NCBI RefSeq assembly: GCF_006345805.1 | Contig: NC_043010.1 | Location: forward strand, 42,966,001-43,030,000 | Origin: Octopus sinensis | Taxonomy: Eukaryota | Reading direction: 5' to 3' | DNA length: 64,000 nt | In this document: one piece after another, positions 24,125-36,545 of the stretch | Numbering within the stretch: position 1 is the first letter of the stretch | Layout of the letters: each line of letters begins with the position of its first letter | The notes under the pieces: model-generated | The model's database searches: none | Seen by the model: the letters and a program-made list of their open reading frames with translations, nothing else | Told to the model about the DNA's origin: nothing | Position numbers and translations under genes: made by a program

Positions 24125-24630
24125 TTGAGGCAAGTGAGGATCAGAATCGAAATCGATCAATGGAAATTGCGGATGTGCTACCAGTGCCGGTGGCATGTCG
24201 AAACTCTGCTTGTGAAGACCCATTGAGGCAAGTGAGGATCAGAATCGAAATCGATCAATGGAAATTGCAGATGTGTTACCAGTGCCGGTGGCATGTAAGA
24301 GAACTTTCCGTTTCGCGACCGTTGCCAGCACCGCCCCGTTTCGTGTCCGTTGCCAGCCTCGCCTGGCCCTCGTGCCGGTGGCACATAAAAAGCACCATCC
24401 GTTCGTGGCCGTTTGCCAGCTCTGTCTGGCACCAGTGCGGGTGGCACGTAAAAAGCACCCACTACACTCACGGAGTGGTTGGCGTTAGGAAGGGCATCCA
24501 GCCGTAGAAACACTGCCAGATTTGACTGGGCCTGATGAAGCCTTCTGGCTTCACAGACCCCAGTAGAACCGTCCAACCCATGCTAGCATGGAAAACGGAC
24601 GCTAAATGATGATGATGATGATGATGATAT
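24125..24630 (+). mobile_element. Young (CpG-rich) RTE-type 3' tail with a 98-bp internal tandem duplication and multiple GTGCCGGTGGCAC motifs
   Basis: The TTGAGGCAAGTGAGGATCAGAATCG unit starts at 24125 and 24223; the element ends ATGGAAAACGGACGCTAAAT(GAT)n. Confidence 0.75.
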
Positions 24631-27114
24631 ATATATATATATATATACTCATATATATCTATACATGTGTGTGTGTGTGTATATATATATATACATACAT
24701 ACACGTGTATTTGAGTGTGTGTGTGTGTGTACATGTATGAGTGTATTTGAGTATTTATATAGTTAATAATATTATAACGAAATATGTCTTTTGGATTTTC
24801 TGGGCTGGATCTTCAGTGTTGCTCTTCAGTTCTTTCAACATACGACCTCACATAATTGAACCATCAAAGGACATTCTGGTCCCAACCTGCATCCCAAATA
24901 GCAATGAGCTCTATTAATTGAAAATTCTTTCTATATTTCAGTAGGTAGAGCGATGTATATAGATACATACATAAATGTGTGTCTGTGTGATTTTATGTAC
25001 GTACATACACATGAATACACCTATACACATACATACATTCGGAAATGTATGTACCCCTTCTCCTCAACTTATGACTGAGTTCTTTTCTAACTGACAGGTT
25101 ATAAGCTGATCTGGTCCTCTGTTGGGCATATATTTTCAACACTATTTTCATTCAAAGGCAACTGATGCTTGAAAGTGACTGAGCAAGAGACAGTGGCAGA
25201 CAGCGGATACCTGGCTCTGAGGGAGGTCTGTGTTGTCATATGCTGCCATAGTTATTGTACTCATGGTTACCCAATGTCCAAAAATCGACTTTTTATTTAT
25301 TTTTTCAGTTTTGTGGTTGTAAATCACCTAGGCTGTAAGTTGAGGAGAAGGTGTATATGTTTATATTTATATAGATACCTATGTGTGTGTGTCTATGTTT
25401 ATGTAAATACATATATGTTTATATAATGATGTGAGTTTATATGTATGCCCTTTACCCATCACATACTGACCAAATGGCATTTTCAAGTACCTGTCATGCC
25501 TTTCATTTACTCAAATAATCATATATTTATTTACATAATCATTTATCTATTTACTTTATATATTTATTTTATTTTCATTTTAATTAGGTTGCCACATCCC
25601 ACCAATTGCAGTGGTTCCACTCCTTTGTGGCTTCACCCCCTCCACCGCCGCTATCTTTTTTATTTCATTCTTAGCTGGGAATTAATCTAGCTTTACTACT
25701 CTATATAATATTACTTTCACCAACCAATTGTCCACACTCACAAATAACCATCAGCTGGCCTTCTCCAAACCCACTTGAATACAATATATATTAAGTGAAA
25801 TCATCACATCTTTACTCTATGATAAATCTTCATGATTGCAAGAGAACTAGACCTGTAATAGTTACTTATGAATTTGTGTGTGTGTATGTGTATGTATGTA
25901 TATATATTCGGGAATGGAGCAGATAAAATCCATGCTACATGTTTCATAGCTAGCAGAGCCTCAGAAGTAGTAATTATCCAAACGAGGGGTAATCCGCTGG
26001 CTACTCATCAGGCCAAAGATACCTTAATCAAAAAAGTTAACATTGTCATCAAGGGATCCCATATTGACTTGTGGGAGGTTCAATTGAAAATGCATATATA
26101 TATATAATATATAATGTGTGTGTATATATGGTTATATAAATATATATATATGATAATGCTTATTATATATATATATATTATAATATGAATATATTTATAT
26201 AAAGGCATATGTATGAGTATGCATATAGTTATATAAATGCATTTCTATCTGTGTGTGTATGTGTATATATATATGTATGTATACTTATACATGTATAGTT
26301 TGCATGTTATTCATTGCTTTAAATAGAATTTCAGTACACTGGAATATACTTCTAAATGGCCTTGGTATGCATACATAATTATTTTGCAGAAGAAAACATG
26401 AACAGTAGAAATTTATTACAAATTTTTATTGAATAAACTATTTGATACAAATAATCCCTATGTATCTCATGTCACAAAATAAATAGTCAAGTATTATTTT
26501 AATATGACTTGTTATAACTTATTTTCTGTAACAATAAAAATACATTATAGATAGATATCTTAGTTTTATTGCATTATTTCTTATGGGAAAGTTCTGATAA
26601 ATCTACATCACACTTTAGGTAAGAGTTATTGCCTTAAATGTTATATTGTCACCAATAATAAATTCATAACCTTAATATGAAATGATCTTCAAAATTGCTT
26701 TGTGTAATCTTTTTGATCTCCAAATTGCTGTTACATGTATTTTTTTCTTGGGTGAGTTTCTCAATATTTCTAATAAAATATTAAAAGCAAACATTCTTTA
26801 TTATAATTTGGAGCTTTAACTCAGAAATATGATGGAAGTATGTTTTTACGGAAGTATCATCATATACAATTATTTTGTAAGATCAAAAGAGTTATACAGA
26901 ATCACTGCCTGCATATCCAAGCAATGACAAAACTTAAACAGTTATTTTCATAATTGCTAAACCAACTTTTTTGTACTCATAAGATTTAAGACACCTTTAA
27001 TAGTATTTAATTATTATTAGAACTAAATAGTAACCAAAACTGAAGAAAATATCAGTGAAGCTGATTCAAGAAAAGGATAAATTTGGGCTCTAATAATATT
27101 TGAGTCTTGTAAAG

Positions 27115-27430
27115 AGTAAAGGGTAGAGACCCCTTTCAGTCATGAATAATCATGGGATTGCACCTAGAAAGTTTCCCTCCGAGGTGCAAGTCCGAGCAAG
27201 GTTGTTTGTGAAAGACCATGCATCCCAGTCTCCCCTCTCCATGCCACTGAAGGCCTATACAACTTGGCACCAGTGATGCTGTAACTCATTTCTACAGTTG
27301 AGTGAACTGAAGCAATGTGAAATAAAGTGGCTTGCTCAAGAGCACAACACACAACCTGATCCAGGAATCAAACTCAGAACCACACAATTGTAAGCCCAAT
27401 GCTCTAACCACTAAGCCATGTGCTTTCTTG
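27115..27430 (-). mobile_element. tRNA-derived CORE-type SINE
   Basis: tRNA-like head at the right end (reverse-complement B box GAGTTTGATTCC); CORE-like ACTCATTTCTACAGTTGAGTGAACTGAAGCAATGTGAAATAAAGTGGCTTGCTCAAG. Confidence 0.6.
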
Positions 27431-29386
27431 AGTCTTGTACTTTATTAGAATTAACATAAATTGTAAAACAATACTTCAATATTAAGTACCAGTTGTATAC
27501 TGGGTTGATGTAATCAACTGGCGTCCTCCCCCCAAATTTCAGGCCTTGTGCCTAGAGTAAAAAATTTAAAAAAAGCTATCAAGAATGTCTCTTTATCTGT
27601 TAGTTTTAAAGTTTCTGCTACAATTATCGCATTTTAGTTTCATTTTCACTTTTTTTATATGAATTAAAATTTTTTACCCTCTCTTTTCAAAGTCCTAAGA
27701 TATTTATATCTTGCACCGTGTTGCCAACCCTCCTTTTGCCAAAGAATATTTTAGAGTTGTTTGCTATGAACACTTTAGATTTTATCAAAATTTCTACATA
27801 AATTTCAGCAAGAGATACCAAATAAATGCTGTTTATGATACTACAATATTTTGTTCACTTGTGAATTTATATATGTGTTAGAAAAGATTATCAAGAAGGA
27901 CAACAAAGGTATTCAGGTGTTACTTAACAAATAGCTTTGATATTTTGGTTAAAAAAACAACCCTTTATGAAGGTATAAGAAAACTAAATGAAAGAAAAAT
28001 TTAATATAGTTTTATTGAAAACAGTTTAATCATACTTTTACTTGATAAATGTTACAATTTGTGTTTCAAACATCATGAACATGTTGCTTATCCTGTTTTG
28101 AACAATGTCTACAAAATTACTTTTTCACATTTCCTAGCCAACAATGTGTTTGTAGCACTAGGAATGCTGCATGGAAAAGTATATTTTAAAAAATCTGTTT
28201 CTATATTTTGTCTGGTTCCAGAAAACTCATTGATATTTACTGCATAGTAATAGATGATGTTGTAAGAGAACAAGATTAGAGGTAGTGAAAGTTGTAGGGT
28301 TGTGGGACGTTGTCTCACAGTTGCTGACAGTAAATTTCATTTCTCTCGCTGACCATTGTCTTTAGTAGCTGCATTCATTGTGATCATGATTCTAGCAGTC
28401 CGTTCCCTAACTAACTGAGTCATCACGAGCTGCCTTGCTCTGTTGTCGTCAAGTGACTATTGGTTGAGTCGTCACCAAGTGACTGAACTAACTTTTTGCT
28501 TGGAGTTTATGCTTTTATAACTATCCAGAAGGATAGACATATCATTGAGAACAATAGATTTAGTTGGTGATCTTGTTATCGCTATTCTAGCTTTTGGAGG
28601 AGTAGAAGAGGTTAGAAAGGGTCAAGTGGTGAAGACATTATTTAAGGCAATTTGGTGAATGTCAAATTGCTGTCACAGGAAAACCATTGTTCTACCGTGG
28701 GAAAAGTTCTGTTGCAGTCTTAATTTAAATTTGGCTATGATGGATCGTATCCACTTCATGCTTGCAAGATCCTACATATGTAATAAAACAGCATGCCAAG
28801 AGTTGCCTAAAGCAATTATGAAACGTTTTTTAATCAGTCAGTATAAGAAATTTCCATAGCAACTAAATATGGCAGATCTTCTGTTAGCTTTGGTGGTGAG
28901 CATTCAGTTGTTTGATTAGCAAAAGTAGAACTATTGAATTAACTTGTAATTAACTAATTGTGACTAATGTTATTTTAAGTCCAAATCAGTGTGCCTTTAT
29001 ATGTCAAAAAACCTTTGAATTACAGATCCAATAATCCCGATGGACTTCCACACCTTTTTCATCTATTCACTTTTACTCACACGGTTTGGGTTGACTCAGA
29101 TCTATTGTCTAAACATGCAACTCATTGGAATTGAATCTGGGACCTCATGACTCTGAAACAAACTTCTCTCCCTAGGTGTCCACAATTAACTGAATAATCT
29201 TTTCTCTCATGTATGTTGCTGCAATCTGTGAACTTTTCTGCTTCATACCTGGCATCCTTTAATTTAACATACCTTCTCAAAAAAGCTCTCTTCACAATAT
29301 GAGTGGAGTCTTTAATTACATCTATTATAATGGTGAAATATTTTGAAGAGACCTTGTTTCCAAAATATGTTGCTTCATTGGATTAA

Positions 29387-29651
29387 CTCTTTAGCATTCA
29401 GATTACTCTGCTGTCAAATGTAATGCTTATTTATTCACATTGTTTTGACTTAATCATGCATTATCTCATGCCTTTGGAATTTTGATGGGATTGTTTATTT
29501 TTATAATAGAAGACACTTGCCCAAGGTGCCATGCAGTTGGACTGAACCTGGAACCATGTAGTTGGGAAGGAAGCAGGATAGGGGTGATAGGCTGGATCTG
29601 GCCAGTTTGAACATATTTGGGCTGGATATGGCTGGTTTAAATGCAAAAGAG
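29387..29651. mobile_element. piggyBac-type MITE with a nested SINE fragment (about 29505-29580)
   Basis: TTAA TSDs at 29383-29386 and 29652-29655; TIRs CTCTTTAGCATT / AATGCAAAAGAG. Confidence 0.8.
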
Positions 29652-30284
29652 TTAAACTAATTCTGTTATCCAAGAGATGTGTAGTGAACTTGAATGTGTT
29701 CACCATTTTTTCTGGTATTCTTCTAACTGTTGTACATGATCTTGCAGGAGAGAGACGGTTGTTGTTGAGAGAGAAATAAAGGACAACATATTTTACAGTA
29801 ATATAAGCCTTTTCATGAAATCTGCAGTTAAATCTTTGAGAATAAGATCTCATCTTCTCTGCAGTTCTGTTGGATGTAAGATGTTTCCATTGTTTGGATC
29901 TTTGAGTTTATCTGATTCATTAAATGCTAAATCGTGTTCCCATTCTGTCACTAAGTCTTACCTGTTTCCAAGCAAGGTGATATTTTCTCATGTCCAGACA
30001 TGTTTTCATAGAATATTGAAAATGAATAGCATTTATTTACAACAAACATGAAATATCAAGAAGACAAGGAGATACAAGCATACATATTCACACACAACAT
30101 ATACACACTGTAACCATATCAATAGGAGATATGGTAATAACTCAAACCAACAGAACTATAATAATTATGCTTTTTTAGACCCTGTTCACAGGATCTGAGA
30201 TACTCCTGAGTACCAAACAAACAGAAGTCAAAAGTAATAAAAATTATAAATTTGCCAAAGAAAATGTTAACAGTAAGTGCAGGT

Positions 30285-30665
30285 ATGGCTGTGTGATAAG
30301 AAGCTTCCTTCCCAACTACATGGTTCCAGGTTCAGTCCAACTGTATGGCACCTTGGGCAAGTGTCTTCTATTATTGCCTTGGGCCGACCAAAGCCTTGTG
30401 AATAGATTTGGTAGATGGAAACTGAAAGAAGCTTGTCATATATATATATATATGTGTGTCTTTGTCGGTGGTTGCCCCTCAGTACTGCTTGACAACTGGT
30501 GTTGGTGCGTTTAGATCCCTGTAACTTAGTGGTTCAGCAAAAGAGACTGATAGACTAAGTACCATGCCTAACAAAAAATAAGATCTGGTGTTGAGTCATT
30601 CGACTAAAAGTTCTTCAAAGCAGTGCCCCAGCATGGCCAGTTTAATGACTGAAACAAGTAAAGGA
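30285..30665 (+). mobile_element. tRNA-derived SINE, family A
   Basis: Head GGCTGTGTGATAAG...GGTTCAGTCC (A/B box-like), central microsatellite, tail GACTGAAACAAGTAAAA. Other copies at about 23510-23660, 54600-54810, 55550-55930 and 62690-62860. Confidence 0.75.
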
Positions 30666-30689
30666 TAAAATATAAAGAAAAAAGTGCAG

Positions 30690-31377
30690 CAAATTACAGT
30701 ACTCTCTAAAGGACTCAAATTTACACCAAACTCTCAAAGATCCAATTACAGTAAAATGAAAGATAATATTTCAGAATTCTGCAGAAAATAATGATTCACA
30801 GAAGAGCTATGATAAGAATAATGAAGACTAATCAAAGGTAAGAAACAACTGCAACCTTACTTCACCAAACATTGATGATTTCAGTAAATCCATTTTAGAT
30901 TATCCATGTGGATACACATGCAAACAAATCCCTAAGTCAAACTTTAACAAGAGTTACATAAACAAATTAAAAAAGGATGAAGAACAATTAAAGAGGCTAA
31001 TAAATCAAAAGCAGTAGTCTTGATTGAATCAGAATTCTACAAAAATCTTCTATCAATATTAGAAGACAAAACTCTATGAAAAGGCCCCAAACCATAATCA
31101 AAAAGTGATCATGAGAAACCTTAGAATATTAAAAAACTTATACTAAAAGGGACTCTTTGACAATATGGCTATATTATAGATATTAAATGTAAATCTAGCC
31201 TCTCCTACAGCATATCAAATTTTCACAAATGTGCAGAAATAAGGAACCAGACATACATCAATGTCCCCTAGCCAAATGACTTGGAATTAAGACCGATAGT
31301 AAATGGTCCAGTGTGTGAAACTCGCTGTCTGAATAACTTTTTAGACATCCTCCTCAGGCCATTCCTTAAAAAAATTT
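30690..31377 (+). mobile_element. Penelope-like element N-terminal/RT fragment
   Basis: ITVLSKGLKFTP, AVVLIESEFYKNLL, and LRPIVNGPVCETRCLNNFLDILLRPFLKK (PLE RT motifs). Confidence 0.75.
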
Positions 31378-31735
31378 GAGGAGACTTGACAAGCCTGGAC
31401 TTTTTCTTGTGGGGATACCTGAAAGAGAGGGTTTACATCAGCAAACCAGAGACCCTGGTGCAACTGAAGGAGAACTTCAATAGAGAAATCAGAGAAGAGG
31501 GGTTTGAAACACTTGAGGGTGTTATGGTGCAAGTTTTGGAAGGAGCAAGGGCATGCGAAGCTGAAAATGGCTGTCATTTTTCATATGTGATGTAGTGGTG
31601 TTCTAAAATTTGACTTGTGCATATTAATTTCCATTATGTCCTTTATATTGTATCAAAATATCATGCATTTATATGTAACTTTAAGGAAGTTATTAAAAAT
31701 TGAAACCCATCAGTGACTTTTGGGACATTGTGTGT
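31378..31735 (+). mobile_element. Tc1/mariner transposase C-terminus plus right TIR
   Basis: DLTSLDFFLWGYLKERVYISKPETLVQLKE...ENGCHF; terminal GTGACTTTTGGGACA. Confidence 0.8.
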
Positions 31736-31779
31736 ATATATATATTTCTAAATTGTTTTTTTTTTTAGAAATTTGAAAA

Positions 31780-32465
31780 CAACATGCTGTACTGCTTGGC
31801 ATTCACGCCAGAAGCTCCAATACGAATATTTCAGGGTGTTTGGATGTCAATCTGAGGGCATGTACCAGGAGTGATAAAAATCAAACATCCAATCAACTTC
31901 ATGTGATGGTGATGTTATGCCTCCATTCATCTTCCTACATGGCCTCAGACTCAACACGGAGGGCTACATCAAGTGCCAGGAGGAGATAGTGCTGCCCTGA
32001 TTCACGAGGGTGGCTGCTGAAAGACAATATGTCTAGTAACAGGACTCTGCACAAAGCTACACAAGCAGGAGAACCCAGTCATGGCCGTCAGACAATTTTT
32101 GTGACCACATCGCTCTTAACATCTGGCCACCTAACTCCCCAGACTGCAACCCCTTTGATTATTATGTGTAGGGCACAGTTGAGCGAGAGATCAACAAAAC
32201 TCCTTGTAACACCAAAGATGAACCGAAGGTAAGGATTATGGCAGTATTCACCAACTTAAACAAGGAGACTGTCCAGAAGAGTTGCTGGAGATTCCAAAGT
32301 TGTCTGGGGGTCGTGGTTGAAGCCAATGGCAATGTTATTGAATAAATTTACTCTTAAGTATTTCAAGACATTTTAATGTAATTTTGGTAAATATATCTGT
32401 TAAAATGAGATGTCAATGTTATTTTCATTTTTGCGTTATTTAGATGACAGTTTACTCACCGCACC
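31780..32465 (+). mobile_element. Internally deleted maT (DD37D) transposon
   Basis: QDSAQSYTSRRTQSWPSDNFCDHIALNIWPPNSPDCNPFDY has 37 residues between the 2nd and 3rd catalytic D; C-terminus CWRFQSCLGVVVEANGNVIE. Confidence 0.75.
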
Positions 32466-32712
32466 CAATACATATACACTCTTCTTAAACCCAAAAAGTT
32501 TTACAAACTCTAACACAAAGTTTCATGTTACCATTCATCAGACAGTTGTGATCATAGAGTATGATCACAACTGTCCAACAAATGGTAATGTGAAACTCTG
32601 AGTAACAATTCATGAAGATTTTTTTGGCTTTAATAAAAGCATATTACTCTGCCTTTGATATCTGAGTACTATTTTTTACCATTTTGATTTGAATTTATGT
32701 GCTTACTTGAGG

Positions 32713-32757
<45 letters not shown>

Positions 32758-32861
32758 TATCAGTTGTAATATAAATATACATATACAAATAGAGTTAGCG
32801 GTTGTAGTGATATGTATATATAATACACACACACACACACATATATATATGTATATATATA

Positions 32862-32922
<61 letters not shown>

Positions 32923-32967
32923 ATATATATATAGTATAATGGTCATTTTCCATAGCGTTTTTCAGAT

Positions 32968-33039
32968 GGCCAGATAACTGAAGAGATGGTGGTGTGGATT
33001 TCCACCTCGGCATCCGAAACTCGGAGTTTTATCTTGGCT
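32968..33039 (+). ncRNA. Type I hammerhead ribozyme with intact catalytic core (GUU triplet)
   Basis: GGCCAGAUAA-CUGAAGA-GAUG...CAUC-C-GAAA-CUC(G)GAGU-U/UUAUCU-U-GGCU. Helix I is 6 bp + bulge + 4 bp; helix II is GAUG/CAUC plus GUGG/CCAC; helix III is near-palindromic AAACUC-G-GAGUUU. Predicted cut after 33028. Confidence 0.72.
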
Positions 33040-34324
33040 ACCGAATAATTGTCACATATTACATTTACAGATATATATATATGTGTGTGTGTGTATATAT
33101 ATATATAAGTACATGTGTATATACATGTACATCTCTCTAACATTCCTATCATTTGCTCTTCATATCACACTTCTCTTATCATTCACCTTCTGTTAGGCAT
33201 GCTGCTGTTATCCTGGCCCTCATCTCTCATGTTTCCATTGTTATTATTTTCTCCTCTTCTCACATTCGTTGTACTTTGCTACCAACGTGATTAATAATTG
33301 GATCTTTTTGGTGCACTATCCATTAATTCCAGTGTAACTACAGATGTCACGAGACCTATCTAGCCCTCTCGCCAACACACCACTCTTTCATTCTTATAAC
33401 TCTACCTTTCTCACCATTTGGAGGTATGTAGTTAAAAGATCTCATTAGATCTGCATCCACCCCTTGCTGTCAGTCACCTTCTCACCCTTTAGTGCTAGTT
33501 CCACAATAAAATGCTCTTAGTTTACAAACACTTACTCTGTGAAGTGTTTGTGGGGACTCTTTAGTTTTATTGAACACATAATCTCTCTAGTGTTGCTGTT
33601 AAGAAAAATGCACTTTGTACATTCTGTAAAGTGGTTGGCATTAGATAGGGTATCCAACCATAGAAACCAGGGCAAAAATGAAATGTACAAACAAGAAATG
33701 GCCTCTCAACACATTTAAAAGAGTAGAAATTACCTGTTCAACTTAATCCATGGAAAGTGAATTTAAAATGTCAATGATGATGTATATATGTACATATGTG
33801 TAGGTATGTGAATGAGTGTGTATATGTATGTAAAAGAGTATTACACATACAGACACACACATAAACATACATACATGCATATATATGTGTGTGTTTGTTC
33901 CTTCCTCCAATTTAACATCCTTTTTCCAATGCTAGTATGGGTTTGGCCAGGAATACATTTAAGGCAGGATTATTTTATAACCAGATACTCATCCTGTTTG
34001 TCAAACCTTGCCTGCTTTTCAAGTGAGGGCCTTCTTTTATTCCACAGATCTTTGAACATTCAGATTGATGGTTATAATGTCAAAAGGTAAACATCATTCG
34101 CTGTGTTCCTCAAACAAAACTGAGGAATGTGAACATGCACACACACAACGAATATGAATATGAGTATATTAAATAACTCAGAAGTTTAAATTCTTGATTT
34201 ACTGAAATTATCCCTACTTTCAGAGAAGGGAAAATAATCATTTGGTAACAACTTAGACCAACTCCCAATGATAAAGGGAGATAATCTCAATCTCAAGAAT
34301 CCAGAATTTTCTAATACTGATATT

Positions 34325-34538
34325 CTCTTTCTCTTTTACTTGTTTCAGTCATTTGACTGCGGCCATGCTGGAGCACCGCCTTTAATCGAGCAACTCGACC
34401 CCAGGACTTATTCTTTTGTAAGCCCAGTACTTATTCTATCGGTCTCTTTTGCCGAACCACTAAGTAACGGGGTCATAAACACACCAGCATCGGTTGTCAA
34501 GCAATGCTAGGGGGACAAACACAGACACACATGCATAT

Positions 34539-34571
<33 letters not shown>

Positions 34572-34735
34572 CGACGGGCTTCTTTTCAGTTTCCGTCTAC
34601 CAAATCCACTCACAAGGCTTTAGTCGGCCCGAGGCTATAGTAGAAGACACTTGCCCAAGGTGCCACGCAGTGGGACTGAACCCGGAACCATGTGGTTGGT
34701 AAGCAAGCTACTTACCACACAGCCACTCCTGTGCC
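34325..34735 (-). mobile_element. tRNA-derived SINE, family A (full-length, young)
   Basis: Near identical to the copies at 49250-49675 and 62005-62405; reverse-complement head AGGAGTGGCTGTGTGGTAAG...GGTTCAGTCCC. Confidence 0.85.
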
Positions 34736-35344
34736 TATCATCATCATTTAACATGCTAGGATGGGTGGCACAGTTCCTTTAAGAAATAAATCTGGAACCA
34801 AGAAGACAGTTGTGGAAATGTTTCTACTTCAATAGGGATCATCAATATGGCAGATGCTCTTTTTTATCTCTACTTATTTCCAGGAGAATGAGAGAGACTC
34901 TTAGACATATACAAAAAAGAGAAGAGAGCTACGTCCTGGCTAATTTGCATAAATGAAATAAAAATGAGCTAAGAGAACTCTGAACATGGATATAATTAAA
35001 AGAAATCAAGACATTATCTTGCATGCTACTTGCCTTTGTTCTTCAAATTCATGCCACTGGCCCTGAGTTACTTTCTTTTTTTTTGCATCATTTTTGCTTA
35101 ATTCATGCAAATTACCTAAACCATAAATCTGTTTTTATTCTTTTTTGCATGTGTCTAAGTGTTACGTTCTATTGGACATAATGTAGGACAATGTATATAT
35201 GTGTAGTATGCTCTGCTGAATGAATAATATCAGTGTGCATATATAACAGAGTGTAGGTGATTTGAGAGAAAAACTGCTTATACAAAGCATCAGATATAGC
35301 ATGCAAGAAAGAAGACTGTGCTGGTATGGTATTATAATGCATAT

Positions 35345-35575
35345 AAGGTGGTGAGCTGGCAGAAATGTTAGCGCACTGGGAGAAATGCCTGCTGCTACGT
35401 TCTGAGTTCAAATTCCACCGAGGTCGACTTTGCCTTTCATCCTTTCGGGGTCAATTAAATAAGTACCAGTTACGCACTGAGGTTGATATAATCGACTTAA
35501 TCCATTTGTCTGTCCTTGTTTGTCCCATCTGTGTTTAGCCCCTTGTGGGTAGTAAAGAAATAGGTATTATAATGC
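35345..35575 (+). mobile_element. tRNA-derived SINE, family B
   Basis: GGTGAGCTGGCAGAAATGTTAG...GAGTTCAAATTCC (B box)...GACTTTGCCTTTCATCCTTTCGGGGTC. Copies at about 22880-23030 (-), 47775-48010, 51505-51710 and 52920-53345. Confidence 0.8.
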
Positions 35576-35579
35576 ATAT

Positions 35580-36050
35580 AGATGAGGATAGCTGCACCAA
35601 GAAGTGCCAATCTCTAATTATGGTGGGAACATGTGGAAGAGGTAGACCCAGGAAGATGTAGGACAAAGTGGTAAGAAAGGATTTTCAGATGTTAGGACTC
35701 ACAGAGGGGGTGGTAAAGGACTGAAAGATCTGGTGGTTTGCTGTACTTGAGAAGACACGTCAAGCTAAGTAAAATTGTGGTTGTCCTTGCATATAGGCTT
35801 GTTCTCCACATGCCTCTTTAGTTGAGTGATCCTAATCTTGCAGGCTTGTGAGTGCTGGTGTCATGTTAAAAGTACCTATGCTGGTGTTGTGTAAAAGCAC
35901 TCAGTATCCTTTCTAAAGTGGTTGGCTTTAGGAAAGATGTCCAGTCATAGAAACCATACCAAAACAGATTTGGTGCCTGGGCAGCTCTCCAGCTTCTGTC
36001 AAACTGTCCAACCCACGCCAGCATGGAAAACATGTTAAATGATGATGATG
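35580..36050 (+). mobile_element. RTE LINE 3' end, decayed
   Basis: GTCGRGRPRKM...VRKDFQMLGLTE coding end, then the same 3' UTR as the 59220-60775 element and a (GAT)n tail. Confidence 0.7.
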
Positions 36051-36510
36051 AGGAGGAGGTCAGGTCAAAGGTTTAATAACCAAAGGTCTACTACTGGCAC
36101 GTCTTTGTACCAGATCTACCAGTATAACCTGCAACTAAACTATTGGCAACTTATCTTGCAATCCCATCCTTTAGCAAAAAGTGTGAATTTGGATCACTCT
36201 GCAGGGTGCAAGACAAAACGTGTCAAAGTGTAGATGAACTCTGTTGAATGAAGTGGTATTCTATAGTGCGCATGTGGGTGGGAGAACATGTATGAGTATG
36301 TGTATGTATTTTTGTATGAATGTATGTATGTACATGTGAATGCAAATGGAAATGTAGTTTTCTCTCTTCATGCACCTGAAAGAGTTTATGTGTTGCATGA
36401 ATCTTCTTTTGAAATAATTGGCTTTTAGGTCAATATAATTTTTAATTCAATTTATGAAACTTAATACGTGAACAACAAAAATATTTTGTATACATGTATA
36501 CGCATTTCAT

Positions 36511-36545
<35 letters not shown>

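Noticed and set aside
24125-24465. Repeat-spacer pattern that could be mistaken for a CRISPR array, or for a pistol or twister ribozyme
   Set aside because: Eukaryotic retroposon tail; the repeats are few and degenerate and the spacers are related to each other. Other conserved pistol or twister elements are absent, and there are no cas genes.
24533-24560. CTGATGAAGCCTTCTGGCT hairpin
   Set aside because: No GAAA follows, and other copies of this tail lack CTGATGA, so the match is coincidental.
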